Shown here in pieces: positions 43,201-51,908 of a stretch of DNA of 56,778 bases; the first letter of the stretch is position 1, and every line of letters begins with the position of its first letter. The DNA is from a virus. Under the pieces are notes generated by a model that was not told the origin of the DNA, searched no databases, and was given only the letters and a program-made list of their open reading frames with translations. The translations under genes and the position numbers were made by a program. The DNA is taken from the IMG/VR virus record IMGVR_UViG_3300006188_000003. One strand, given 5' to 3'.

Positions 43201-43881
43201 GATTATTATGCGCCAGGCAGCACAGATGTGGCCGTAGGCGACGGTGGGACAGGCATTTCGTCCTATACCCTGGGAGACCTCCTATATGCATCCGGGACGA
43301 CGGCATTGTCAAAACTGGCCGGCAATACGACCACGACGAAGAAGTTCCTCAATCAGGCGGGTACCGGTTCCGTATCTGCAGCGCCTGCCTGGGCGGCCAT
43401 CACAGACGCCGATGTGGCCTTTTCGGATGTTACCACCGGCAATGCAAGCACGTCCGCACACGGGTACATGAAAAAGCTGCCTGGAGATGCCACGCTTGTG
43501 TATGGAGGAGATGGCAATTTTTCGACCGTCGTTACCTCGAGTACCTATACTCCTACTATTTCCAATCTAACGAACTGTACTGCCAGCGGCAATTTATCCC
43601 ATTGGCTTAGGATAGGCAATGAAGTAACTGTATGGGGAACAATCAACCCTTTGGCTACATCAATTGGCGAATGTTATCTGGAAATCAGTCTGCCGGTCGC
43701 ATCCAACCTGACAAACTCACTAGACTGCGTAGGTGGCTCGAATATCGAAAATAATGGGCCTTTTACGGGAGGCGGAATAACTGCAAATAACACGACAGAC
43801 ATGGCACGGCTACACTTTACCGCGCCCAGCACAACATCATCGACCACTCTTAACTACTCTTTTACCTACACAATAAAATAA
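40222..43881 (+). CDS. Signal-peptide-bearing fibre-like protein with an SGNH/GDSL hydrolase domain
   Basis: MKPIQKILLLLSCFIAGRAAA/QAP signal. SGNH blocks GNSIT (about 41005), GTNN and DGLHP (about 41915). Downstream are DGD(I/L)L and TG(T/S)WNATAI..SKGG fibre repeats. Confidence 0.75.
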   Translation: MKPIQKILLLLSCFIAGRAAAQAPQNWPTTNYTPTAYDKTKALRILVIPTDTLMLNIADSGAIAYKNGNQYVWTGHLWKLSSGGGGSADSGILATNFRVDTAKAAIRASVKDISDQLGGYFPFPAGTSAQYVKGDGNLATMDTTVIPSFSFKVRSLIRQIDITNALTYTPLRPLDTANLKYRIDTIGSKSFRFANATVGTKLLRSIDDSTAQVKTIQLTRGTVTDRDSTIVLDIPTGTSNVPAVQMRNEKKVKLSLPIRYEGNSITASAGATDTVHGYPALLYAQYGVSYVNTAVSNSSVRDVISRQFSNAAATKVSTSLSIMMGTNNLRQDPLGTKQPAVREALRVIIANQFVDSIWAISNAKFTKNGSWSNFTASNLTSKSVAKSLGNPMKSSTAGNTLTFLWTDDNMIIGTYAWQGYHNLGRFSVTVDGINKGTYSGRDLCSDHQSNIGTYDYRQPIVFIFTGLGAGTHAVTITLLDNAETDFDYVAKFMTVDNCSSALVAHITKCTPAGYVAYGDTNSSDAVTDTANANIDTVVNYFRTLGFPVATVPTENFLNITTSGTGDGLHPGNVGYAQLAKAWASVIDFPNSGGASQLAALTDVAISTPQENDILTRNGTGKWGNTPGLVANLSAPEDGDILVRDAGIFVNRPALIANITSPADGDLLIKLGAAWVNKPSVNIDLTGIAVNDIPIWNGSKFVKYTPTWGGGGGSYTFPNSVRQVAGVVDLIGDSSSLVDYRVYASQNGVRTWYKATKMSLTSPTDGDILFYRASDTTWVNHPITGDFTISTAGVGAIGSGKVTNGMLAGSIAASKLVGTDITAVGTITTGTWNATAISTSKGGVPTGGTAGQVLTKNTSSNYDYAWAPPSSGFADPMTTIGDIIIRNASNVTARLAGNTSTALQVLSSIGSGSAATAPTWRAITKSDLNLGNVENTALSTWPGSANIVTVGTIATGSWNATAIPISKGGTGLTAVLNGMVKGNGMNYSAATAGTDYYAPGSTDVAVGDGGTGISSYTLGDLLYASGTTALSKLAGNTTTTKKFLNQAGTGSVSAAPAWAAITDADVAFSDVTTGNASTSAHGYMKKLPGDATLVYGGDGNFSTVVTSSTYTPTISNLTNCTASGNLSHWLRIGNEVTVWGTINPLATSIGECYLEISLPVASNLTNSLDCVGGSNIENNGPFTGGGITANNTTDMARLHFTAPSTTSSTTLNYSFTYTIK

Positions 43882-43886
43882 GGTTC

Positions 43887-44888
43887 ATGAAAAGACATCT
43901 TTTAATTATAGCCCTCCTTTTGCCCTGCTTCCTGCAGGCCCAGACCTATGTATTCGGAGTGAATATTGGAAGCACCGGTGGGACAGGACCAACGATTACC
44001 CGCACTCCATCCACACTGTCAGGATTTTCCACAACGCTGGGTACTGCAAGCACCGGCCAATCATCGAGCATTTCAGGTACCAACCTCACGGCGGACATTG
44101 TTTGTAATGCTACGACGAACTATGAGGTATCCCTTTCCTTGGCCAGCGGATATACTTCGAGCGTAACCTTGACACAGTCCGGCGGTACCGTCTCTCCGAC
44201 AAACGTCTATTGGCGTTTAAAGTCATCCGCTACTGCGGGGCACCATAATGAAGTTGCCAACCTTACGAGCACAGGTGCGACAACAAAGACAGTCACTCTG
44301 GACGGGGACGTTCTCACCACACCGGATACGGTTCGCATTCAGATGGATACAACTGTCGCCTTTGACGTATCGCCTTTCCTTGTACTGAGGGGAGACCCCG
44401 GCAAGCATACCATAACTGCATCGCTTTCAGGCACGACCATTTCAGCCACCACAGGTCCGACGTCGAACTGGACGTTCTTCGCCGGCGCGTGTATCGGTCC
44501 ATCCAATGGCATAACGAACGCCACCATACCGACGGGCTACACAGGTGTCATGCGAGAAGGGTTTGTCCAGGGAGCCACCTATCAGACAACCAATCCACAG
44601 ATAACGTTGAACGGGCTGCTTCCCAATACCAGCTATACAGTCAAGCTTTCAGGCACGACCCAGTATAACGTCGCTGCCAAAGGGAACTATAACGTTAAGG
44701 GTACCACTTTGCAAACCGTTCAGACCCTTGCAAACTACAACGGATCGCCCAACACATCTACCGAGCTGAGTTTCCCTGGTGTGGTGTCGGATTCCAATGG
44801 CACTATTGTAATCTATGTTGGTAAAACCAACACAACTGGCGGAACGGACTGCGCCCTCATTTCTTACGCAATCTTCATAAAAGAATAA
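43887..44888 (+). CDS. Secreted protein, Ser/Thr-rich, unknown function
   Basis: MKRHLLIIALLLPCFLQA/QTY signal peptide with Gln at +1. 333 aa. Confidence 0.7.
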   Translation: MKRHLLIIALLLPCFLQAQTYVFGVNIGSTGGTGPTITRTPSTLSGFSTTLGTASTGQSSSISGTNLTADIVCNATTNYEVSLSLASGYTSSVTLTQSGGTVSPTNVYWRLKSSATAGHHNEVANLTSTGATTKTVTLDGDVLTTPDTVRIQMDTTVAFDVSPFLVLRGDPGKHTITASLSGTTISATTGPTSNWTFFAGACIGPSNGITNATIPTGYTGVMREGFVQGATYQTTNPQITLNGLLPNTSYTVKLSGTTQYNVAAKGNYNVKGTTLQTVQTLANYNGSPNTSTELSFPGVVSDSNGTIVIYVGKTNTTGGTDCALISYAIFIKE

Positions 44889-47671
44889 TGAGAAAGTTAT
44901 TTACCATTCTCGCCCTGCTGCCGCTCTTAGCAGTCGGACAATCAGAGACCCACAACTTCGTCACCTACGACACTGTTATTAATTTCACAACCGGGCCATT
45001 TTCTGCCGATCACTGGAATGTTAGAATCTCTCGACCAGCTAAGATGTTTGTAACCAATGATCCGGACACTGCTTCCAGACCTGCCATTATTATGATGCCT
45101 GGACAAGGGGAGCAAGGTACATCGGATACCAATAAATTAGTGGCATATGGGCCCCATTACTGGTTAAACCACGGGTGGGACGGCGGGTTGCAATTGGGCA
45201 ATGGTAAACACTATCCCATTCTTATTACGGCGGCCTATATCAACAATGTCTCTCCCACAGCCCCTCAGTATTACACGTTGCTTACCTACCTGTTAAATAC
45301 CTATCACATCAAACGTAACGCGGTACATTTTACGGGTCTATCTCAGGGGGCCATGACGACGGGGGAGCTTATCAAATTTGAAATGACGGCAGGGGCTGAA
45401 ACGGGTATGAAGCTGGTAACTTCCTTTGCTGCTCTGGAGGGTACACCAGGGGCATTGCCTTCTCCATATAACGGGTGGGATAGAGACACTGTTGCGTACA
45501 AGGTTTGGGCAAAGAAATATGGCGGCAAGTACTTCTACCTGGAAGGCAGCGGGTCTGACAATTTCCGCGACGGCTGGCACTACTCAGTAGCAATGAATGA
45601 CACCCTGCCAGGCTGCGCCTATTTTAGTTATGAGAATCTGGGCGGGGGAGCACACTGCTGCTGGAATAGTATGTATGATCCGAACGCAACCAACTGGACC
45701 TGCGTAGGCACGTTAGGGCCAAACAATGCGCCCTCGCAGGTGGGGAAAAATACGATGGGTACGTATTTCGCCCAATCCAGCATCTTTCAATGGATGCTAC
45801 GGCAGGGGGATACCAGTTTAGTAGGTGTCGCAACGCCTTCTCCCCGGGTTGTAAAAAAGGTCGTGGTATCAGAATACAGGACTTGGTATTATTTGTCTGA
45901 CAGCACGATATGGGGTTATAATAATTCCAGCGCTTATCCGGTGCAGTACGCTCCGCCGTCTGGGCGGAAATGGTGCTTTGTATTTGGTGGCTTTAACATC
46001 TTCAATGCACTTGATGATCTGGGTTATGTCTGGCAAACAAAGGCTTTTAATTTCGACATCACCACCAACACCTACAGGGTCGACACAGACACAACTGGAG
46101 GGGCATTCAGCGGTAACATTTACGTCGACGGGTACAGCAATGCCATTTTAACAATCCGATCGGATTCATCAATCTGGTATGGCGGGAAAGACGTCTATAG
46201 CCTGTTTTATCCTGGCGGCTCAACTGTGACCAGTGTGGGCCAGGTCATGAAGTTCACCCAACTTTCCCCGGCTGGATTGAAATTTAAGAAGGTGGTATGC
46301 GGCGGTCCTGGCATCCTGGCTCTGACGACGGACGGTAAGGTATACAAATGGTCGAACGGTGGGAGTAAGACCCCAACCTTATACTCTACACCCAGGCCAG
46401 CCATTGATATTTTTATCTCCGCCCTCAACCTACAAGGCTGCATTATTCCCGATGTCTTCGGTTCACAGACAATGGGTTACCCATATGTTTGGGGTGGTAC
46501 CACCAGCATGTATGGCGGAGGTCCGGCATATTCACAGCCAACTTCAATTAAGGCCCTTTGGAACATCACAGTTCCCATAAAGGAGATCTCGGTGGATTGG
46601 AATACCATTCACTATATAGATAGTCTTGGCAGAATGTGGGGTTGCGGCTTTAACTCTTTTGGGGAAGTAGGCAACGGGCAGGAGTTCGTTAATAAATACT
46701 ATTATCCTGGCTATCCGGGATATGGCTGGTCGCTTATCAATTACGAGAATCCGTCTGGTATACCCGTGCAGATAAAGCCAGGTACGCTGTTTAAGCATAT
46801 TTGGTCTACCACCTGGTTCGGCCTGTACAAGTATGCGCAGGATCTCAACGACAGTATCTATTCATGGGGGCGCAACAAAGCCTTGGCGCTGGGTAACGGG
46901 TATGGAAGTACCAGCGAAACAGATCAGTATCATCCGAATACGCTTGATGTTTTGGTCCCAAAGAGGGTAACACCTCTGACAGCCCGATTTACTACCTATA
47001 ACTTTACGGCTCCCACTCTCTCGGCTGGGGCGAATAAGACGATAACATCTACCTCAACAACATTGACAGCTACGGGCAATCCTGCCCTTGTAATATCACA
47101 GATACGCCCAGCTCCAAACGGTGTAGATACGGTCGGTTATTGGTGGATATCCTATGCCTGGACTAAGGTCAGCGGGCCGAACAATCCGACAATCGTCTCG
47201 CCTTCCTCTAAGAGCACGTCTGTCACGGGGATGGTTAATGGCACATATGTCTTCCAGGTCCTGGCTACGGATAACAATACCGGCCAGGATACTTCCCAAG
47301 TGCAGGTCATTGTCAACCAGGCAGGCGTACCGCCAACCGTTTATGCCGGCATTAACCAGTCAACGACCCTCCCTAAAGACTCAGCCACGCTTACCGGGAC
47401 GGCTTCCGGTAATAGCGGCGCCACGATCACGTCCACCAGCTGGAGCCAGGTGAGCGGCCCGAACACCGCCACGATCCGGACACCCAGCTCCTTGTCCACG
47501 GTAGTGGCCGGCCTGATCGCCGGTACCTATACCTTCAAGCTGACGGCGACGGATAGCAACAGCCAAACAGCCAACGATACGGTCACGGTCACAGTGTCCC
47601 AGCCGCAACCGACCGTTATCGAGGTGCACATACGCAAGGGGACCAATGTCCTCATCATCACCGACAATTGA
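44888..47671 (+). CDS. Secreted multidomain protein: alpha/beta-hydrolase (esterase-like), RCC1-like repeats and two PKD/Ig-like domains
   Basis: MRKLFTILALLPLLAVG/QSE signal. GxSxG elbow FTGLSQGAM. RCC1-like GFNSFGEVGNGQ and WGRNKALALGNGYG. Two VSGPN...GTY.F.L.ATD modules. Confidence 0.75.
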   Translation: MRKLFTILALLPLLAVGQSETHNFVTYDTVINFTTGPFSADHWNVRISRPAKMFVTNDPDTASRPAIIMMPGQGEQGTSDTNKLVAYGPHYWLNHGWDGGLQLGNGKHYPILITAAYINNVSPTAPQYYTLLTYLLNTYHIKRNAVHFTGLSQGAMTTGELIKFEMTAGAETGMKLVTSFAALEGTPGALPSPYNGWDRDTVAYKVWAKKYGGKYFYLEGSGSDNFRDGWHYSVAMNDTLPGCAYFSYENLGGGAHCCWNSMYDPNATNWTCVGTLGPNNAPSQVGKNTMGTYFAQSSIFQWMLRQGDTSLVGVATPSPRVVKKVVVSEYRTWYYLSDSTIWGYNNSSAYPVQYAPPSGRKWCFVFGGFNIFNALDDLGYVWQTKAFNFDITTNTYRVDTDTTGGAFSGNIYVDGYSNAILTIRSDSSIWYGGKDVYSLFYPGGSTVTSVGQVMKFTQLSPAGLKFKKVVCGGPGILALTTDGKVYKWSNGGSKTPTLYSTPRPAIDIFISALNLQGCIIPDVFGSQTMGYPYVWGGTTSMYGGGPAYSQPTSIKALWNITVPIKEISVDWNTIHYIDSLGRMWGCGFNSFGEVGNGQEFVNKYYYPGYPGYGWSLINYENPSGIPVQIKPGTLFKHIWSTTWFGLYKYAQDLNDSIYSWGRNKALALGNGYGSTSETDQYHPNTLDVLVPKRVTPLTARFTTYNFTAPTLSAGANKTITSTSTTLTATGNPALVISQIRPAPNGVDTVGYWWISYAWTKVSGPNNPTIVSPSSKSTSVTGMVNGTYVFQVLATDNNTGQDTSQVQVIVNQAGVPPTVYAGINQSTTLPKDSATLTGTASGNSGATITSTSWSQVSGPNTATIRTPSSLSTVVAGLIAGTYTFKLTATDSNSQTANDTVTVTVSQPQPTVIEVHIRKGTNVLIITDN

Positions 47672-47696
47672 TTTTTTAACCAATACACACTACAAA

Positions 47697-48008
47697 ATGA
47701 AAAAAACAAAACTGCTCATCATCGCCCTGCTGGCCACCATGGCCTCCTATGCTCAAGCAAAAAGGGACTCCGCGGAGAAACGCCTTATCCTGAACCTGTC
47801 CGAGCTGGAGGTTGCGCAGCTGCAGGCGCAGCTCGACAATGCGAAGTATTTGACCGACAATTCGAACCTGGCCCATCAAAAGGCCAAAGCTATCATGGAT
47901 ATATGCGATGAGCTCCAGGCAAAGATCGAAGCTACGAAGCGACAGCAATGGCCCCTCGACCTTCCGAAAAACAAGGCCGATACCTCCAAAGCAACACCCA
48001 AAAAATAA
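47697..48008 (+). CDS. Small secreted coiled-coil protein
   Basis: ATG 47697: MKKTKLLIIALLATMASYA/QAK signal with Gln at +1. Confidence 0.6.
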   Translation: MKKTKLLIIALLATMASYAQAKRDSAEKRLILNLSELEVAQLQAQLDNAKYLTDNSNLAHQKAKAIMDICDELQAKIEATKRQQWPLDLPKNKADTSKATPKK

Positions 48009-48018
48009 GCAATTACCC

Positions 48019-48309
48019 ATGCCTGAAAGCACTGATATCCAGCAGCTCAAAGAGCAAGTCCGCGACTTAACCGACAAGGTATGCGATGTTCACTATGCGC
48101 TTATTGGCAATAGTCTCGCCAAGGATGGCGGCCTCATCCAGCGTGTAATAGACTGCGAGAAAGAAGCAGAGACGCTACACGAAAGGATCGATCGAATCGA
48201 GCGTAAGAACATCAAGGCAGAGCTGTACATCAAATGGATATGGGGACTAGGCGGCACAGTGGTAATGGCCATATTCCTGGAAATTCTTCATTACGCATTT
48301 AAAAAATAG
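48019..48309 (+). CDS. Coiled-coil protein with a C-terminal TM anchor (lysis-cassette component)
   Basis: ATG 48019. C-terminal segment WIWGLGGTVVMAIFLEILHYAF. Confidence 0.55.
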   Translation: MPESTDIQQLKEQVRDLTDKVCDVHYALIGNSLAKDGGLIQRVIDCEKEAETLHERIDRIERKNIKAELYIKWIWGLGGTVVMAIFLEILHYAFKK

Positions 48310-48316
48310 TCATTAT

Positions 48317-48652
48317 ATGGAACTCCTCGACTTCTTCAAAGACAAATTCAACATCGACCTAGTTATTGTCCTGTTGGTACTGGGTGCGGGTTTTTTCCAA
48401 AAGAGGTATCTATATACCCCCTGGAATAGGACAAGTAAATCACATGATTCAGCGATCAAGACCTTGGCGCTCTCATCCATTGCAAGCACGATCTATGTGC
48501 TTCTCCTGCACTTACAGGATAAGACAGCGCCTATTGCGTGGGTGCAGTCCTTCGTAAGCTACTTCTTCGCTACCAGCTTCTATGAATTGCTGCTACAACC
48601 AGTTTTGAAGTGGTGGACCAGGATGGCCGGCAACAAAGATCCTCAATCATAA
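48317..48652 (+). CDS. Multi-pass small membrane protein, holin candidate
   Basis: 111 aa with about three hydrophobic helices and a charged C-terminus. Confidence 0.55.
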   Translation: MELLDFFKDKFNIDLVIVLLVLGAGFFQKRYLYTPWNRTSKSHDSAIKTLALSSIASTIYVLLLHLQDKTAPIAWVQSFVSYFFATSFYELLLQPVLKWWTRMAGNKDPQS

Positions 48653-48662
48653 CCCATTCATC

Positions 48663-49355
48663 ATGAAACTACTCATCCCCCTCATTTTCTTACTGGCCAG
48701 CTGCGGCGCCTCGCATAAGCTCAAACAAAGTCAGCAGAGGACGGCAGATAGTACGGCAACTGTCAGCCGGGACACGGATCATGTCACCAGGGAGGTGAAT
48801 CATAGCAGCAATATCGAGGTGCAGGACGTGCATGTAAAGATCAGCTACAAGCCGCTCGATTCGGCAATGGCGGCTTATATCCGGAGCCTGTATACCCAAT
48901 GGCCGGTTTCCAGTGGCGACAGTGAACAGACATCGTCAGCAGGTAGCATTGCCCGAGAGCAAAATATCGCTGGGAAAGCAAGTCCGGGCACAAAAACAAC
49001 GACAGCGCCGGCATCAGCAATTACCGACATCGCTCGTGCCGTACAGAAAGCAATCTCCGCTACCAGCCTACCAGGTCAAATCCCTGCGGAAGTCGAGATT
49101 GATATTGGGAGAATAAACAGCGGCACAACATTCAACGAGAAGGTGGATAGCACAGCAGGCCACGACGCCGCTCAAACGGATCTACACACGACGGAGGAGT
49201 CGAAGAGCAAGGAGGTCGCCCATGAGGGAATGCCTGGTTTGGTCCAGATGAGTCTTTGGCTCCTGCTTATTCTCGCCATCATCGGGATTATTTGCACCTG
49301 GTTAAAGAAACCGGTGATCATAAAAAACATTATTAAAAAACTTTTAAATATCTGA
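48663..49355 (+). CDS. Lipoprotein with a C-terminal TM helix (unimolecular-spanin-like topology)
   Basis: Lipobox LLASC at the N-terminus. C-terminal LVQMSLWLLLILAIIGIICTWL. Lies in the lysis cassette. Confidence 0.6.
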   Translation: MKLLIPLIFLLASCGASHKLKQSQQRTADSTATVSRDTDHVTREVNHSSNIEVQDVHVKISYKPLDSAMAAYIRSLYTQWPVSSGDSEQTSSAGSIAREQNIAGKASPGTKTTTAPASAITDIARAVQKAISATSLPGQIPAEVEIDIGRINSGTTFNEKVDSTAGHDAAQTDLHTTEESKSKEVAHEGMPGLVQMSLWLLLILAIIGIICTWLKKPVIIKNIIKKLLNI

Positions 49356-49357
49356 TT

Positions 49358-49894
49358 ATGAAAATTTTCAAGTCCAGATGGGGCTTGATGCTCATCGTCG
49401 CGATTCTTTTCACCGCCTGTGGGCAGCACTATAACACAGAGCCGGATGGGAGGTATCCCGAGCTACGCGGCAAATTTAGGCCGGTCACGGATAGCTTGCT
49501 ACAATTGGAGCGTGCTGGATACACCCACATTGACCGCACTGTTGATGGCAATCCCCTTATCCAGGATTATTGGCTGCGTTTCGAGGCTACCTGGTGGCAG
49601 GCAAAGGAATGGGCTGAGGAGGACCACACATACAAATGGTTCTGGCTACTGGCGTTCCTGGGACCCGCAGCGGGCATAGGTGCGGGTAAAGCGGTAACGA
49701 TGAAGCGACCCGCTCAATGGTGGATGCCTTTATTGGTATTTATTGTATGGGCGGTCATTTGGGTTGGCGCCTATTGTGTCCTGGATAGTAAACGATGGCG
49801 GACCCACCTGGAGGTCAAACAGATCACCTTTGACAGTGTCATGAAAGCAGATCAAACTCCGGCTGTTCTCTGGAAAAATGTCGTACCGTTATGA
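49358..49894 (+). CDS. Lipoprotein-signal membrane protein
   Basis: MKIFKSRWGLMLIVAILFTAC lipobox plus two internal hydrophobic helices. Confidence 0.6.
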   Translation: MKIFKSRWGLMLIVAILFTACGQHYNTEPDGRYPELRGKFRPVTDSLLQLERAGYTHIDRTVDGNPLIQDYWLRFEATWWQAKEWAEEDHTYKWFWLLAFLGPAAGIGAGKAVTMKRPAQWWMPLLVFIVWAVIWVGAYCVLDSKRWRTHLEVKQITFDSVMKADQTPAVLWKNVVPL

Positions 49895-50325
49895 TCTACG
49901 TCTTCCAGGCATATTATATCATCTGCACGCTTGTCCTGGCAGGCAAGGACGCTGATAGCTACCAGCTGAAGGATAAGAATGACAATGCGCTGTCTGCCGT
50001 GCGCGTAAGACGCTGGCACCGCGATGGTCTGATCCTGGCTGTGCTCTTTTTGTTGCCCTTGCTGAAGATGCAGCCAATATTTAACCTGCAGCCTGCTGCC
50101 TGGTGGAAAACTTGTCTTGCCTGCGGATTGATCCGGCTGGTGTTCTTCGATATTCCCTTCAACCATTGGTCTTCCTTGTCCATCTACTACCTGGGTGGGA
50201 CGGCATGGGTAGACCGGCAGCTCGTAAAGCTCTTCGGCCAGCAGGGGGCCATCAGGAAGACGATCATCTTCTTCCTTATTCTTATTGCTTCTAACCTATT
50301 AAATCAGTTTTATGGCAGATTTTGA
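49891..50325 (+). CDS. Multi-pass membrane protein (holin-like) immediately upstream of the endolysin
   Basis: 144 aa with four hydrophobic segments. Overlaps both neighbours. Confidence 0.55.
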   Translation: MIYVFQAYYIICTLVLAGKDADSYQLKDKNDNALSAVRVRRWHRDGLILAVLFLLPLLKMQPIFNLQPAAWWKTCLACGLIRLVFFDIPFNHWSSLSIYYLGGTAWVDRQLVKLFGQQGAIRKTIIFFLILIASNLLNQFYGRF

Positions 50326-50890
50326 AATAGCTTATAAAGCCACCATCCGCGTAGAACGAGGATATGCTAATAATCCCAACGACACTGGAGGAGAGACATA
50401 TGGCGGCGTTTCTCGCAACAACTGGCCACAATGGAGTGGCTGGAAGATCATTGACGAATTGAAAGGCAAGCCCGGCTTTGGGGCTGCACTTCAGGCCAAC
50501 AAGGACCTCCAGGCTGCAATGAGGGGCTTCTACCAGGTCAACTTCTGGGATGTTCTCAGGCTCAACCAGGTGCAGGACCAGCCGATAGCGAACGAGCTGT
50601 TCGACCTTGCTGTTAACTGCAGCTCCAAGATCGCTGCGCTGTTTCTTCAACGCTCTCTCAACGTGCTCAACAAGCAGGGGAAATTCTATCCTGATATTGT
50701 TGTCGATGGTGTTGTCGGTGCTGGGACGCTGAATGCCCTGGCTAAGGCAAATCAAAAGGACGTGCTCAAATGTATCGTCGCCCTGCAGGGCGCTCGGTAT
50801 ATAGGAATAGCGGAGAACAGGGCGAGCCAGGAAGAGTTCATGGCCGGCTGGATCCGCAGGGCATTTGGACAATTTTCTTTAACCGCATAG
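50312..50890 (+). CDS. Endolysin, GH108 lysozyme domain with a PG_binding_3 domain
   Basis: VERGYANNPNDTGGETYGGV matches the GH108 EGGYxNDPxDxGGxT signature. C-terminal DGVVGAGTLNAL...FMAGWIRR. Confidence 0.8.
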   Translation: MADFEIAYKATIRVERGYANNPNDTGGETYGGVSRNNWPQWSGWKIIDELKGKPGFGAALQANKDLQAAMRGFYQVNFWDVLRLNQVQDQPIANELFDLAVNCSSKIAALFLQRSLNVLNKQGKFYPDIVVDGVVGAGTLNALAKANQKDVLKCIVALQGARYIGIAENRASQEEFMAGWIRRAFGQFSLTA

Positions 50891-50893
50891 CCT

Positions 50894-51403
50894 ATGATTG
50901 CTATTCTTATCCTCGTGGTTGGCATCGGTTTTTACCTCCAGGTGATCCAGGACCGCCGGATATCGACGGGGCCGCGTCAACGCCTCACATTCACCCTTTT
51001 TGTTAACTATATAACTTTTGACGGAATGAAAAAACAAGTTTTGAAAAGCCAGTTTGTCGATGACGGCAATGGCAATTTAGTAGTGACTGGAAAGATCAGT
51101 CCAGTTAATGCCAAGGGAGCGCCGGTGGACCTGGATACAACAGGAACGCTCAGCTATTCTTCCTCCGACGAAAACGTAGCCATGATCGGGCTTACCAGTT
51201 TTAGGACGTTCGCGATCAAATGGGTCGGACCTGGCTCTGTTATACTCACGGGCAACGGCAAATCCCTTTCCGGAAAAGATGTACCAGGTATTCTGCAGCT
51301 GGTATTGGTCGATGACTCTAATGCAGGCGGAGGCGATGTCGATACAGAGGCCGTAGATCTCGGCATGCAGCTGGACGTAGCTACTACCGATGTAGCGGAA
51401 TAA
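50894..51403 (+). CDS. Membrane-anchored protein with an Ig-like (Big_2-like) domain; start uncertain
   Basis: N-terminal TM MIAILILVVGIGFYL. An alternative internal start is MKKQVLKS. Confidence 0.5.
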   Translation: MIAILILVVGIGFYLQVIQDRRISTGPRQRLTFTLFVNYITFDGMKKQVLKSQFVDDGNGNLVVTGKISPVNAKGAPVDLDTTGTLSYSSSDENVAMIGLTSFRTFAIKWVGPGSVILTGNGKSLSGKDVPGILQLVLVDDSNAGGGDVDTEAVDLGMQLDVATTDVAE

Positions 51404-51469
51404 TCAGCAAATTTATAGGACCCTGTCCTTGGCAGGGCTCCTTCCTCTTCATCATTTTAATTTTACTTC

Positions 51470-51784
51470 ATGGAAAGACAACCGAAAGTAGGCGAGCCGG
51501 TACTTTATTATCCGGCAAAACCAACACCATCGACACCGGATCCTGCCAACCCCTTTGCTAAAAAGGTCGAAAGCCCGGATGCGGATGTAACCACCAATGA
51601 TAATGCTGAAGGGCCGATTGCAGCTGTGATCACCCGGCAGTGGGGTGGGAGCGACCGTCGGGTAATTCCGATGGTAAACCTTACCGTTTTCCCTGACGGA
51701 GCGGCACCCGTCTGCAAATCCAGTGTGCCCCACGAGTCAAACAAATCCGATGGCCAGGCCCACTGGAAGTATCCCGAAGAATAA
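51470..51784 (+). CDS. Hypothetical protein
   Basis: 104-aa ATG ORF followed by a terminator hairpin. Confidence 0.55.
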   Translation: MERQPKVGEPVLYYPAKPTPSTPDPANPFAKKVESPDADVTTNDNAEGPIAAVITRQWGGSDRRVIPMVNLTVFPDGAAPVCKSSVPHESNKSDGQAHWKYPEE

Positions 51785-51831
51785 CTTTTTCCGCACAGTC
51801 GCGGAGTTTTCTCATAAGCAGTTAGTTTTGG

Positions 51832-51865
51832 GCCCGGGGTGTGTCTACACCCGGGGCTTTTATTT
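51832..51865 (+). terminator. Intrinsic terminator
   Basis: GC-rich bulged hairpin GCCCGGGGTGT / ACACCCGGGGC with a 4-nt loop, followed by TTTTATTTG. Confidence 0.6.
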
Positions 51866-51908
51866 GAGGGAACAAGCAATATATCTTTCAAATAAAATAG
51901 CCAAGACC

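Noticed and set aside
38865-47671. Diversity-generating retroelement targeting the fibre genes
   Set aside because: No reverse transcriptase ORF (YxDD) exists anywhere in the window, and I saw no template/variable repeat pair by eye. A rigorous self-alignment was not possible.
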